DNA from: Podarcis muralis
Taxonomy: Eukaryota
Direction of reading: 5' to 3'
Assembly: GCF_964188315.1 (NCBI RefSeq)
Contig: NC_135667.1
Span: 22,568,001-22,632,000, forward strand
DNA: 64,000 nucleotides
A program made the position numbers and the translations under genes. This document shows, piece after piece, positions 49,303 through 62,378 of this stretch (the stretch's first letter is position 1; each line of letters opens with the position of its first letter). The notes under the pieces are model-generated. The model was not told the DNA's origin and did not search any database. It saw nothing but the letters and a program-made list of their open reading frames with translations.

Positions 49303-50311
49303 TGCTTTAATGGACAATTTTCTATAACTATGGCATGATTGGTATTCATGCCATGAATACTTAAGAATTAAATGCCAGATGTGTGTGCGTGCGTGTGTAG
49401 GGGTTATCATGAAAACTATAGCATGTGGGAAGGGAAGCTTTATTCCCAAATAACAGCACAGGGCAATTTTTACCAAGGTCTCAGTGGGGAAGGAGGGGTT
49501 TAATCCTCCTCTGGCCACATTCTGGGCTCATCCACACTTCCTTTTTGGCTGCATTTTGGGGCACAGGTCCCGGCTTTCTGGGTCCAGCTCTCATTGGGGT
49601 CTTTTGTTTTGTTTTTCTGTCCCAGTGCTTTCCCCAGGAAAACCCATGTTTTACCACTGGATCACAGCATATTTTCCATGGATTGCAATTTGTTCTGATT
49701 CAACAGTAAAACACAGATTTTCCAGGGGGAAGTCCCATTAAAAACAACCAAAAAAGAAAGAAATACACACCCAGACCAGGATGTGGAAAGTCCAAACCTT
49801 TTCCTACAAAGTGCAGAGCAAAGCTAATCATGGATGAGCCTTTTGTGGTGCCCATGGCAATCCCACTAATACATGCTCTTTTACTGGCTGCAGTCCATGC
49901 ATATACTCTACGCAAAGAAAACAGTTCACATATTATTGTTGCTAAATTCAATCCATGCAGCTGGTCTTTGTGACCTGGAAAGGTCTACTTAACGGAATGG
50001 AGGAAGGCTGGAAAGGAGAGAGGGAGGGCAGGCAGGCAGGCTTACAGAGTTTCTTCAATCTGTTCATCATGAGGGTCTTTATCAAAGCTATGCAGTTGAT
50101 CAGGCAGCAAAAACTGAGAAATAATTCCACCAATTATGAGATCACCAGACTGTGGATACCTGTGACGAACAGTGATGGGATCACTAATAATGCAATGATT
50201 ACTTTGCTGTGCCATGTGAGGCATCATAATATGCAACAAGACCAGTAATATCGTAAATGCAAATCTTTCCTCAGATCTTTCTGCAAAACACCAAATTCCT
50301 TGTTTCCCCAT
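42950..50311 (-). CDS. V2R gene D, complete six-exon vomeronasal type-2 receptor (875 aa)
   Basis: Exons 50311-50046, 48857-48566, 47625-46795, 45775-45557, 44240-44114, 43842-42950; sum 2628 nt = 876 codons; start codon inferred (MGKQG, strong Kozak). Confidence 0.9.
44114..44240 (-). CDS. V2R gene D exon 5
   Basis: gcaaag|[25 protein letters not shown]|gtaag; 127 nt. Confidence 0.92.
45557..45775 (-). CDS. V2R gene D exon 4
   Basis: cttag|[22 protein letters not shown]|gtagt; 219 nt. Confidence 0.93.
46795..47625 (-). CDS. V2R gene D exon 3
   Basis: ccacag|FTYGSVP..DPQPWQ|gtgatg; 831 nt. Confidence 0.93.
47852..48180 (+). mobile_element. Tigger-like MITE, second copy
   Basis: Same TIR, TA TSD and (taagccgc)n core as 26678-27070; absent from the homologous intron of gene E. 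Confidence 0.9.
48566..48857 (-). CDS. V2R gene D exon 2
   Basis: tatag|t [17 protein letters not shown]|gtagg; 292 nt. Confidence 0.93.
50046..50311 (-). CDS. V2R gene D exon 1
   Basis: [42 protein letters not shown]; ct|gtaag. Confidence 0.82.
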
Positions 50312-51455
50312 CCTCCTTAGAAGCTCCAGGAGTATACCAGTGGGATTCCACTTTACTCTACACTGCAACCTGCAATACAAACCTTAAAGCCTCAGATATT
50401 GGAGCCCCAGGTAGCAGCAGTGTAGGGTGTATTTATGCCACTCACTATGCTCATGGTTATTTGTTTTGCTAGTGCCTGCACAACTTGGGCAGTGTATTCA
50501 AGAGGGAGCAAAACTGACCACACTCAATTGAATGATCTAGGGAGGTGGATGAAAATTATCTGTTTTCAGAAAGTTCCTCTGTGGTATTGCTTCAGCAAAC
50601 ATGTTTGTCACTATGAAAGACAATTCTTTAGGGGAATACTTATTTTGAAGTTACATCTCAAGAAATTTGAGATTGCTAAAAATGAAAATTATGGTTTCAA
50701 TGCAAAAATGGTTGCACCTGGGTGGGTCTTCCTCGGTTTCTCATTTTTCCATTGTTAAATTTAGTTCATAACATTTCTTTGTGATTATTATTATTTCCTT
50801 TAAAAAATTATGAACATTCTAGTGTGCATATATCTTAAGATTCACATGTTGCACACAGTGTCACCTAATATACACATTTTTTATTTTTTTTCCTTTCCAA
50901 ATAGAATGCACTGTTGTTTTACTTTCACTACTACATGTATTTTATTCCAATTTACCATAATACAATATACATAGGTCAAAAATACATAGGTCAAAAATAA
51001 ATAGTTAATTTAGTTGTGTTGGTGTTTTTTAAAAAAAGATGACAAATATTTTTTTGGTGGGGCGGTCTCTTTATTTATTATTCCACCCTTCCTTCAAAAG
51101 ATCCCATATATAGATGCAAAATTTCCAGGAAAACCTGTACATATGGCAAAGGGACTAATTTTTTAAAAATCTCCCAAGAAAGCTCAGCTACTTAAACAAA
51201 CACACATCTTAAAAAATGTTGCAACACAATTTTTCAGCCATATATTTAGAGTTGCACCATCCTTCTTGATATCCCAAATTATGACAAGTTGCCAGCTCAC
51301 ATGACTGGCGGAATGTGCTTAGGATCCAATTTAGCCCTTCCCCCCAATCCTGCCTCCACAACACCCCCTTTTCATGGCTTACACACATTTAATTTCAAAG
51401 AGCTGAATCCCAGTGAGCTGGGAGAGGGGGTTTATACTTGTGTATCTCTGACTGA

Positions 51456-51819
51456 AAGGGACGCGGGTGGCGCTGTGGGTAAAAGCCTCAGCACCTAGGG
51501 CTTGCCGATCGAAAGGTCGGCGGTTCAAATCCCCGTGGCGGGGTGCGCTCCCGTTGTTCGGTCCCAGCGCCTGCCAACCTAGCAGTTCGAAAGCACCCCC
51601 GGGTGCAAGTAGATAAATAGGGACCGCTTACTAGCGGGAAGGTAAACGGTGTTTCCATGTGCAGCTCCGGCTCGCCAGAGCAGCGATGTCACGCTGGCCA
51701 CGTGACCCGGAAGTGTCTCCGGACAGCACTGGCCCCCAGCCTCTTGAGTGAGATGGGCGCACAACCCTAGAGTCTGTCAAGACTGGCCCGTACGGGCAGG
51801 GGTACCTTTACCTTTACCT
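51456..51819 (+). mobile_element. Sauria SINE (young subfamily)
   Basis: Highly similar to 27748-28108; 13-bp TSD tatctctgactga (51443-51455 / 51820-51832). Confidence 0.95.
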
Positions 51820-51949
51820 TATCTCTGACTGAGCCATGGATGAAGAGTTTCAACAGCATAGCCTGACTGTACTGGGAACCTACCAGTTCTGCTTGAGATC
51901 TTTTGGATCCTTACCCAACTCATGCTGGTGGATCTTAAGGATATTTCAC

Positions 51950-52387
51950 CCCTCCCATTGCTAGAATCTGCTGATGTTTCAGAAAGGAGGGGGCGGATTT
52001 TTCTCATTACTTATTCCGCTCCAGCCTGACTTCAAAGGGGGAGTCTGAGTGTTATCTGTGTATAGATAAGGTCGCTGCTCATGCAGCTGCAACACTCAGT
52101 GCAGTCCAGCGTCTCCATTTAGTCTGTAGTTAGTTTGTATAGTAGCTGTAGAGAATAAAAGAAGTTATTCTACAGGAGCTGTCATTCGTGTGGTTCATGC
52201 TCTGCTGTTCTCCGCTGACTACTGGAAGTGAGTTTGGTGCTCACAGCTCTGAGTTGTGAGTCCACAGCACTTAGACCTGCTTCCTGTGTGGAAGGTCTCT
52301 GGAAGTGCTTTCCAGCTCGCCTGGCCCAGTCGGGGCTGAAGAGGTTGAGCCCAGTCGGTGGCACTGGCTCAAAGGCGAAGCTGACAG
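51950..52387 (+). mobile_element. LTR-like segment between the duplicated units
   Basis: GC-rich, aataaa near 52156, ends gctgaca; 5' end and TSD not found. Confidence 0.3.
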
Positions 52388-52591
52388 ATCATGCTATAGG
52401 ATTTTTCCCTTATAGATGAAAATATACAGATTGAGACAGCAGAAGGGGAAGAGAAATCGATAGATTCTGTATACATGAGAGACATGGAGAATTTTGTGTT
52501 TGCAGATATTGAATGAAATGCTGTAAAAAAGAAGAAGCTGAAATTCAGTCTTATATAAAAGAACTGCTTACAATTATTAATTTTAATGTTT

Positions 52592-53484
52592 TCACTTAAT
52601 TAGTCGTTCCCTTTTGTTCAAATCAGGCCTCCAAACAATAATGTAACATTTTGGTAAAAAGATGAAAGCCAGTAAACCAGCACCAGAGGCTAAAATGGAG
52701 AAGACCTCCACAGCCACCGTGTATTTTCCCTTGGTACTCAGGAAGGTTGGAACAAAGGTCAACCAAACACTGCAGAAGACCAGCATGCTGAAAGTGATAA
52801 ACTTGGCTTCATTGAAGCTGTCAGGTAACTTCCTGGCAAGGAAAGCTATGCAGAAGCAGACAATGGAAAGAAAACCCATATAGCCAAGAAGACAGAAAAA
52901 CATAATCACAGACCCCTCATTACATCCCAGTATAATTTCTTCAGTCTCTGAGTACATGTCAGCATCTGGGAATGGTGGAAAGGTTGCCAACCATATGACA
53001 CCAATTGATGCTTGGATAAGAGAGCATGAAAGGACAATGGATATGGCCAGTGGTTTGCCCACCCATTTCCTCATCATGCTTCCTGGTTTGGTAGCCATGA
53101 AAGCCAGAACCACTGTCATGGTTTTGGCCAATATGCAAGAAACAGCAACACAGAAAACTATACCAAAACTAATTTGTTGGAGAAGGCATGTTGCTTTCAG
53201 AGGTGGGCCGATGAAAAGCAAAGCACAAAGGAAGCAGAACAAGAGGGCAATGAGGAGAGTATAGGAAAGGCTTCGGTTGTTGGCTTTGACAATGGGTGTG
53301 TCATGTTGCTTGATAAATATTCCTAGAACCAAAGCAGTGAAGAACGAAAAGAAAACTGAAAAAATGGCTAAGATGATCCCAAGTGGTTCTTCATAAGACA
53401 AGAAGGTTACTGTCTTGCGAACACACAGATCCTGGTCCTTGTTGGGATACTGATCTTCTGCACATTCAGAACAGTCATCCATGT
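52592..53484 (-). CDS. V2R gene E exon 6 (7TM)
   Basis: tttcag|AC ATG GAT; open to TAA. Confidence 0.95.
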
Positions 53485-56400
53485 CTGAAAATTGGAAGAG
53501 AAAAAAAGGTTTATTCTTGTTTCTCAAATCTAATTGTATTTGTTTTGTTCTAATACTCCAACAATGTAATTGGCTTGTGACAGTGTTATTTGGCAATGAG
53601 AGCTTATCATAGAGTATGAATTGGATTTTGGTGATTTTTTTAAAGCCTCAGAGAAATCTTTCTGGNNNNNNNNNNNNNNNNNNNNNNNNNNNNNNNNNNN
53701 NNNNNNNNNNNNNNNNNNNNNNNNNNNNNNNNNNNNNNNNNNNNNNNNNNNNNNNNNNNNNNNNNNNNNNNNNNNNNNNNNNNNNNNNNNNNNNNNNNNN
53801 NAGCTGAAGCTGGGCTCAGGGCGGCTAACAACAATAAAATAGTGCAACATTCTAAAAAACATTTCATTATAACAATTAATTAAAATCAAATTGATGGCAA
53901 CCATTAAGCTAAAGTTCTGGGAAGATTGCCAAAGGAGGGAATCAGGCTGTGCCCTGGCCAAAGGCCTGGTGGAACAGCTCTGTCTTGCAGGCCCTGCGGA
54001 AAGATGTCAAGTCCCACAGGGCCCTAGTCTCTTGTGACAGAGAGTTCCACCAGATTGGAGCCGCAGCTGAAAAAGCCCTGGCTCTAGTTGAGGCCAGCCT
54101 AACCTCTCTGTGGCCTGGGACCTTCAGGATGTTTTTATTTGAAGACCGTAAGTTCCTCTGTGGGACATACCAGGAGACGCGGTCCCGTAGGTACGAGGGT
54201 CCTAGGCCGTATAGGGCTTTAAAGGTTAAAACCAGCACCTTAAACCTGACCCTGTACTCCACCGGGAGCCAGTGCAGCTGGTATAGCACCGGGTGAATGT
54301 GATCTCGCAGCGAAGACCTCGTAAGAAGTCTCGTCACGGCATTCTGCACCCGCTGGAGTTTCTGGGTCAGTCTCAAGGGCAGCCCCACATAGAGCGAGTT
54401 ACAATAATCCAGTCTGGAGGTGACCGTAGCGTGGATCACAGTGGCTAGGTCAGGGCGAGAGAGGTAAGGAGCCAACTGCTTAGCCTGGCGGAGATGAAAA
54501 AATGCCGCCTTTGTTATAGCTGTAATCTGCGCCTCCATGGAGAGGGAGGTATTGAAGATTACACCCAAACTCTTAACGGACGGTGCTGGCACTAATTGCA
54601 CCCCCGCAAGAGATGGGAGTTACCCCCTCAATCCCATATCGTCCTGTCCCAGCCAGAGGACCTCTGACTTCAAAGGATTTAACTTCCGGCTTCCACGTAA
54701 CCATCCAGCCACAGCTTCCAAACCATCCAGCCACATCTGATCAGTGTGTCTGGGGCCAAGTCAGAATGGCCATCCATCAACAGAGTTGGGTGTCATCAGC
54801 ATACTGATGGCAGCCCAGCCCAAAACTCCGGACAAGCTAGGTGAGGGGGTGCATAAAGATGTTAAAAAGCATCGGGGAGAGTATTGCACCCTGAGGCACT
54901 CCACACACCAAGGAGTGGCGCGATGACAATTCCCCCCCAAGCGCCACCCTCTGTTCCCAACCAGAGAGAAATGAGCGCAGCCATTGAAGCACTGTGCCCT
55001 GGATCTCCACGTCGGCAAGGCGGTGGTTCAGGAGTTTGTGGCTGCTGACAGGTCTAGAAGAATCAACAGCCTCGACCTGCCTTGATTCAGCTGCCTGCAG
55101 AGATCATCTGTTAGGGCAACCAGAGCCGTCTCGGTCCCATGACCAGCGCGGAAGCCGGACTGGAATGGATCCAGAGCCTATTCTGATTCTGATTAAGCCA
55201 ATGAAAAACAACATCAGCAGCAGCACAACCTCAATTGTCACTACAATATTTTCACCTACCCTTTAATGAAAACTAGCATTTTTACTCCTTCATGTGGAAA
55301 CTGATGTCTGCTGTTAGGGGATGGGAAAGGTGGGGGAAATCTTTGTGCTCTGCCCTCAACTGTCACTTGTCCATGGATCTTTCATATAAGTTCTTCAGGA
55401 ATGTATGATAACCCTGTACACCAAAAACCTTACCCTCACGGCTTGAAATCTTCCCATTTGGACAGGGGATGCAATCATAGCAGCAAAATGGTGCCCCTTC
55501 CTTCATTTTCTTGCTATAACCTGGATGGCACTTGTCTGAACATACAGAAATAGGCTGGGCCTTTGCATAAATGAGAGAAAATGATGAAAACCTTGTCATT
55601 ACATACCAGTGATACAAATAATCGGTAACCCAGAAATTTCAAAACAACAAACAAAAATTATTCAGCAAATATATTTGGGCAACTACATAGACATTTTACA
55701 CAAACTCAATTACCTCTATATCTCTGTATGTATCTCAGGGCTCTGAATTATAGCTTTCTCTTTCCCCTTTTTCTTTCTTTTACTTTTCCATCTTCTTCCA
55801 TTAATTTTCAACATAAAATGGTAGAAAGACAGAAAACTGAATACATGACTTGATTTCAGCAAAGCAATGACAGTGTCTTAATTTACTGATTTCAATGGGT
55901 CTACTGATTTCGGTGGGTGTATTCTGAACATAATTTTGTGTGCATATCAGCCTCTGTTCTATCTTAAACTTTAGAATGTTTTCCTAGTCAGCATTTAGGA
56001 TCTAGCATTGTTTAAAGTTATCATTTTGATATGTGCTCTTTTGTTCAAATATATTTGAACTTTTACTCTACTTTGCAACCATGGGCAGAGACATGGAGGC
56101 AGGGGGTAGCTGCCCTCAAAATAAAATAAAAAATCAATAAAAATACTTAACTAACTGAGGTTCTGCCCCCCCCCCCCGCCAACATAAATCCTGGCTACAC
56201 CATGTTAGCAACCCCTTGCAACTGTACACAAATGGAAAGAATCAGGAACTCATTGTTTTCAAATGACTTCGCATTGTTAGAAGCCAAAAAGGGCAATATC
56301 CATCATTACAGTTTTTGAGGACTTCTGGGATAGAGGAATAGCAGTTAGGCTGTCTCTCTGTTGGCTTTGGCTGACTGAAGATAATTATGTGGTGACTGAT

Positions 56401-59400
56401 TAGTCAGGCAGATTGTATGACTATTAGTTTGGAGATAAGGGTGATCTAGGAAGTTAACTTCAAATGCTTTGATTGTGTTAGAGCAAGCTGGCAAGCTGAG
56501 AAGTTCTTAACATGCCCAAACACTGCACGATCACTTTTATTGGTAAAGAAGACTCTTTTTAAAATACTTCTGGGACAGGGAAAATTGTAACTGTTAAGAG
56601 GAGGAAATCCTCTTGTGGAGGAAATGTGCAATCTGGAAATTTGCAATTACATTACCATCTTTTCTCACTTAAGAAAAAGTGATAGGAAAACTGATTGTTA
56701 AATGTCTAAAACTGAGTGATAAGCTTGATTTATGGTTGACCAGAAGGATTAAACAGATGAGGTGAATCCCTGTGTGAAAATCTTTATTTCTTTTCTGTTT
56801 CCTGTACTAAAAAACTAAGAAAATGAAAGTGAAGTGGCTATCGCTAGCCATGAAAAATGATTTTTTTAATGAATTAATACATTGCAGCTATAATTCTTAG
56901 GTGGAAATTACTTTCGTAAACCAAAAAATGTGTAATAAAAATTATAAAAAAGAAAAGGAAATGTTAAAGTAAGCTGAGTTGCTAATATTAAACAGAACAT
57001 CAAAAGCATCCAGGGTAGTAAAAATGCTTTTGGATCTCCCAGTGACTGTTGGTATTGTTCAGCAATTGATGGCTGAACAAGTAAAAATGATCAGATCAAT
57101 GTGGGATCTGCTCCTTTACTCTGGTGTAACTCTAACTGTACTGTATTTTAAAGTCTTGTTTTCCCTCTGCTGAGCTCAAACCAAATCAGCCAATGGTAGC
57201 CCTGCTCCTGCATGGAATTTTGATTCTATGTAAGGTATGTTTGCTTAATTTAAGATGGCATAATTTGTGGTGGGTTTCCATCCTTAGGAATGTTCCCTTA
57301 CTGTTTGGCCTTAATTGGCAAGATTTCAAAATTACTTGAAACTACCTGCTTGAAACCACTGTGCCATGTGATGTCACCTTCATTAATGGTGAATGCTTTT
57401 GCTCTGGCTTGCAACCTCCCAACTTTCACTCTTCGAAAGGATTGATTTAGGAAAGTCACCCAGTTGATAATATCAAATCCAGCTTCCAGTTCTCCATTCT
57501 GATCAAAAGAAATCTCATCGCCAGCACTGTTGTTAAATGAGACTCTCTTCACAAAGTGGTGGAGCTAAGATGAGAAAGAAAATATATATTCTGCAAAGCT
57601 TTCGATGGCCTACATATGAAACTGTCTTCTAATAATATCAGTACTGTCTACTCCACTTGATACAAATTCTACAAGATCTACCGAGCCTAGAATAGCTTAT
57701 GATTCAAAACATCTTTGATTTAAGAACACCATTCCATTAATGCATAGCAGACTAGTGCGTAAATGGGAGACCTGTAAGCCAAAGAACATATCCAGACTAT
57801 TTTAAGTTTTGTTTTCCCTAATCAAAGGCCTGTGGTATAAAAAGAAGGCCAAAAGAAGAAATGTGAAGAAATACAGCACAAAAGGATATCTATCATGTTG
57901 TTCTAGAAGATTCCAGATACATCCCATATAGGCAGCTTTTCAGCAATAGCCAGTGTTTCACTATGGAAAAAGCAATGGTTGGAGCTGCATTTTATCCCAT
58001 TCCTAACGTTGGACTCTTCACCACTCATCATTCACAATATTACTTTCACAAATTGGTGTTATAGTGGGCTAACGACCGTCACTTTATCAAATAATTCATT
58101 CCTGATTCCCTGATCAGAAAAGAATGATGTAGATGAAGGAGAAGGGAATGGAGTGTGCATGAGAATTCATTCCCCTTCCTTTGGATTCTTTTAGAAATAT
58201 CAGAATGAAATATTTGATGGTGCTGGGAGAAAAGAATACTTTTCTGGAGCCAATAGATAACTGGAGGACTACAATGTGTGTAGTGCTCCTAAAACGCAAC
58301 AGTTTCCATATAAAAAGGTATTAGTGAATATATATCTGTAGTATCTATCATCTCTCTCTCTCTCTCTCCATTTAACATTGAAATATGGTGATATGAAAGT
58401 GGTAAAGAAAATAAGTTCATGAAAACGCTGCATATGGAGGAATTGTTAAAAAACACACACAAACATGGTGCTAACTCATATTTCCATGCTTGGGCCATTA
58501 CCTGCCAGGGCTGCGGATCCTGAAAATTCATTGCTCTTCTGTGTTTGAATAATTGCATGGCATGCAAGCCATAGGCCACAGCATAGACAGCATTGTAGAT
58601 ATTGTAGCTGTGGCCAACCATCTTCATTTCAAAAAAATCCCCAGAGAGGCTGTCCAGCTTCTCATTTCCAGTGCAGGATTTCTCACCCTCTGTGCTAACA
58701 AAAACATGTGGTAAAAGGCACTTGAATGCCTGTGCCCAGAAATCACTGATAAAACCATCTTCTTTGGTCCCCAGATGGTTTCTGGTCCGTAAGAAATCCT
58801 GGAATCCTAATACTTCATTGGACTGAATGGTGAAGCCCAAAGCACCTTGGATGACTTGTAAATCCCAGCCCTTTTGATAAGGGTATGAACTGAGTTCCTG
58901 CTGGACTGTTAGAATCCACACTTTACATTTGGGCGGCATTATAGCATATTCAATTTCTGGAATGTATAACAGCCACCTGAAATTTATTATGTTTTCTGCA
59001 TACACAACAACTGCATTGGCATTACTCTCCATGGAAACATTATATATTCTCACCATTGAACCTATAGCTCCAATCAGATCATTGATATAAATTACTTCAA
59101 TTCTTTCTATGAAGGAAAAACAGATTCCCTGTTGGGGAAACATTGCTGTTATTGTCCACACAAATCTATCTCCATTCTCATCGTTTGTGGCAATGACCCC
59201 AACCCATGTCCATTGGAAGTGCAAAAGCAACAGGAGAATTCCTTTATGCTCATAAGTTTCATTTGGGACCATCTGGTAGAATGAATAAGTTTCAGCTTTA
59301 TCAAGTATCAGTGGAACAGAGCCATATGTGAACTGTGGAAAGATATAAGGGGGATAGGATGGAATGGGATACGTTAAGAGAAATAAAGAAGCCTGACTGT

Positions 59401-61543
59401 GCATTTTGATTCCCTGAAGTAATAACATAATAACAACTAACCATTACTATATTTCAGTATAATTTGAATCCACATTCCAATGTGTTTCTATATTACATGA
59501 GTAATAAATATTCATTTTAAATGTCATCACAGTTATAATTATTATTTATAAGTTAATTATTAGCTTTTATAATCTGTAAATATAATTTTATATATGTATA
59601 CTTAATTTATTATTTTTATATAATTATTTATGTTTATAATGTATTTATATATCATTTATACAGGGGTGTGCACAGTGATGGCCAAATACATTTTGCCTTA
59701 GAAACATAGAATTATGGAGTTTGAAGGGACTACAATGGCCATTTGGTCAAACCCCCTTTTACAAGTGGCTTTACTGGATATATCCTTGCAATACAGGAAT
59801 CTTTCACCCAACATGGGGCTCAAAACCACAAGCCAAGATCAAGTGATTTTGTCATTTAGCTTTGCTGTATGTCATATGTGCAGATCTGAAAGCTTATCTC
59901 AAACATGATGTATCCACAGCACAAAGTCATATGTGACTGGCCATGATATATCCTACCTGTGGAACTTTGTACATGCCCAATAGTGTTGCCATGTGGAGGG
60001 AGGTTTCAGAATAAAGAGCCCCAATGACAGCCATCAGTTGGTTCTGAACACCACACTTATAGTTTGGGAAAAATCTGTTTTCTGCTGAGAGAAGTTGCAA
60101 TATGCCAATGTAGGTCCAATGTGCAATGGAATAACATTCATAGATATGGAAGCCCAAGGTAACATTTGGTAAGATATAGTGGTTTTCATTTATCTCCTTC
60201 ACAGCATACACCAATGCTAGAGTGTGCAGATAGTTCTTAGTCAGTATACTATAATGAGATTTGGATGAAAGATGAAAGTAAGAGTTTGTTCTTAGTAAAA
60301 CTTTTACACTGTTGCTCTTCACCAAAAGCATATGCTGCAGCAGATGTAACTCAACTTTTCAGTTAATTATTTGACCCAGCTCACTCAACTTTTCAGTTAA
60401 TTATTTGACGCAGCTCATCCAACTTTTCAGTTAATTATTTCAGAGATTATTTTCAGTAGCAAAATATTTGGTTTCCGATATAGTTGAGGGTTCAATCTTT
60501 TAAAAGCTTGAATTTAAGATAGAAATTGTCCTGAAATGAAAAATATTGTTTCTTCTTTTAATGGACAATTTTTGATAACTATGGCATGATTGGTATTCAC
60601 AGCACGAGGGCTTAAAAATTAAATGCCAGACGTGAGTGTGTGTTTGTGTAGGGGATATCATTTGGGAAGGGAAGCTTTAAGCTCTCCTTTCTCAGCCATG
60701 ATTTCAGGATATATTCCCACATAATAGCACAGGGCAATTTTTACTAAGGTCACAGCAGAGAAGGAGAGGCTTCAGCCTCCTCTGCCCACACTCAGGGCTC
60801 ATCCTCACTTCCTTTTTGGCTGCATTTCTGGGCACAGGTCTGGGATTTCTGGGTCCAGCTCTCAGTGGGTTGGTGTTGTTGTTTTTTTATGTCCTGCTGC
60901 TTTCCCCAGGTAAACCCGTGTTTTACTGCTCGATCACAGCGGATTTTCCATCGATTGCAATTTGTTCTGATTCAACATTAAAAAACGGGTTTTCCAGAAC
61001 AAAGTGCCAGGACAAAAACACACACTCAAATCTGGACCTGGAAAGTGCAGAGCAAACCTAATCATGGATGAGCCTTTTGTGGTGCCCATGGCAATCCCAC
61101 TAATACATGCTCTTTTTTACTGGCTGCAGCCCATGCATATACTCTACGCAAAGAAAACAGTTCACATATTATTGTTGCTTATTTCCATCCATGCAGCTGG
61201 TCTTTGTGAGTATATGACCCGGAAAGCTCTACTTAATAGAAGGGATGGAGGGAGGACAGACAGGAAGGCAGGCTTACAGAGTTTCTTCAATCAATTCATC
61301 ATGAGGGTCTTTATCAAAGCTATGCAGTTGATCAGGCAGCAAGAACTGATAAATAATTCCACCAATTATGAGATCACCAGACTGTAGATACCTGTGACGA
61401 ACAGTGATGGGATCACTAATAATGCAATGATTACGTTTGTGTGCCATGTGAGGCATCATAATATGCAACAAGACCAGTAATATCGCAAATGCAAATCTTT
61501 CCCCAGATCTTCCCTCAAAACACCGAATTCCTTGTTTACCCAT
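52592..61543 (-). CDS. V2R gene E, complete six-exon vomeronasal type-2 receptor (875 aa), recent paralogue of D
   Basis: Exons 61543-61278, 60248-59957, 59332-58502, 57564-57346, 55560-55434, 53484-52592; exon lengths identical to D; no stops. Confidence 0.9.
53666..53801. other. Assembly gap (136 N)
   Basis: Run of N adjoining the 3' tail of the L2 element in gene E intron 5. Confidence 0.99.
53802..55180 (-). mobile_element. 5'-truncated L2-clade LINE in gene E intron 5
   Basis: [25 protein letters not shown] then a small deletion; [21 protein letters not shown] (ORF 53942-54601); absent from gene D intron 5 (271 bp). Confidence 0.92.
55434..55560 (-). CDS. V2R gene E exon 5
   Basis: 127 nt; AQPISVC..KISSRE|gtaagg. 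Confidence 0.92.
56091..56204 (+). mobile_element. MITE relic (family of 1814-1963)
   Basis: Shared internal motifs with 1814-1963; catg ends. Confidence 0.45.
57346..57564 (-). CDS. V2R gene E exon 4
   Basis: 219 nt; [19 protein letters not shown]|gt. Confidence 0.93.
58502..59332 (-). CDS. V2R gene E exon 3
   Basis: 831 nt; FTYGSVP..QPWQ|gtaatg. Confidence 0.93.
59957..60248 (-). CDS. V2R gene E exon 2
   Basis: 292 nt; ILTKNY..YKVPQ|gtagg. Confidence 0.93.
60350..60440. repeat. 34-bp tandem repeat (about 2.7 copies)
   Basis: ctcaacttttcagttaattatttgac(c/g)cagctca twice, plus a partial third copy. Confidence 0.9.
61278..61543 (-). CDS. V2R gene E exon 1
   Basis: [26 protein letters not shown]..; ct|gtaag. 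Confidence 0.82.
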
Positions 61544-62378
61544 CCTCCTTAGAACGTCTAGGAGTATGCCAGTCAGATTCCACTTCACTGATACTCTACT
61601 CTGCAGCCAGAAATACAAACCTTAAGGCCTCAGATATTGATGCCCCAGGTAGAAGCAGTGTAGGGGGTATTTAAACCACTCACTGTGCTCTTGATTTTTT
61701 TGTTTTGCTAGTGCCTGCACAACTTGGCAGTGTATTCTAAAGGGAGCAAAACTGACCACACTCCAATTAATGATCTAGGGAGGTGGATGAAAATTACCTG
61801 TTTTCAGAAAGTGCCTCTGTGGTATTGCTTCAGCAAACATGTTTGGCTCTATGAATTCCTTAGGGGAATACTTATTTTGAAGTTGCATCTCAAGAAATTT
61901 GAGATAGATAAAAATGAAAATTATGGTTTCAATGCAAATATGGTTGCACCTGGGTGGGTCTTCCGCGGTTTCTCATTTTTCCATTGTTAAATTTAGTTCC
62001 CTTAAAAAATATCATGAAAATTCTAGTGTGCCTTTCTCTTTATATGAACATTTTGTACACAGTTTTTGCCCAATATACACATTTTTAAATTATTTTTTCT
62101 TTCCAAGTAGAATGCACTGTAATTTTAACTTTCACTACTACATGTATTTTATTCCAATTTACCATAATACAGTATACTGTCTTATATAGGTCAAAAATAA
62201 TTAATTAATTTAGTTGTGTTGGTCTTTAAGAAAGAAAGTGAAATGATTTTTTTGGAGGGCTATTTATTTATTCATTATTCCACCCTTCCTTCAAAGGATA
62301 CCATATATATATATATATATATATATATGCAGGTTTTGGTGTCCTCGGGTGTCTTCCCGTGTAAAAGTTGGGGTGTCT

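Noticed and set aside
53530-53961. ORFs spanning the N run
   Set aside because: Artefacts of translating the assembly gap.
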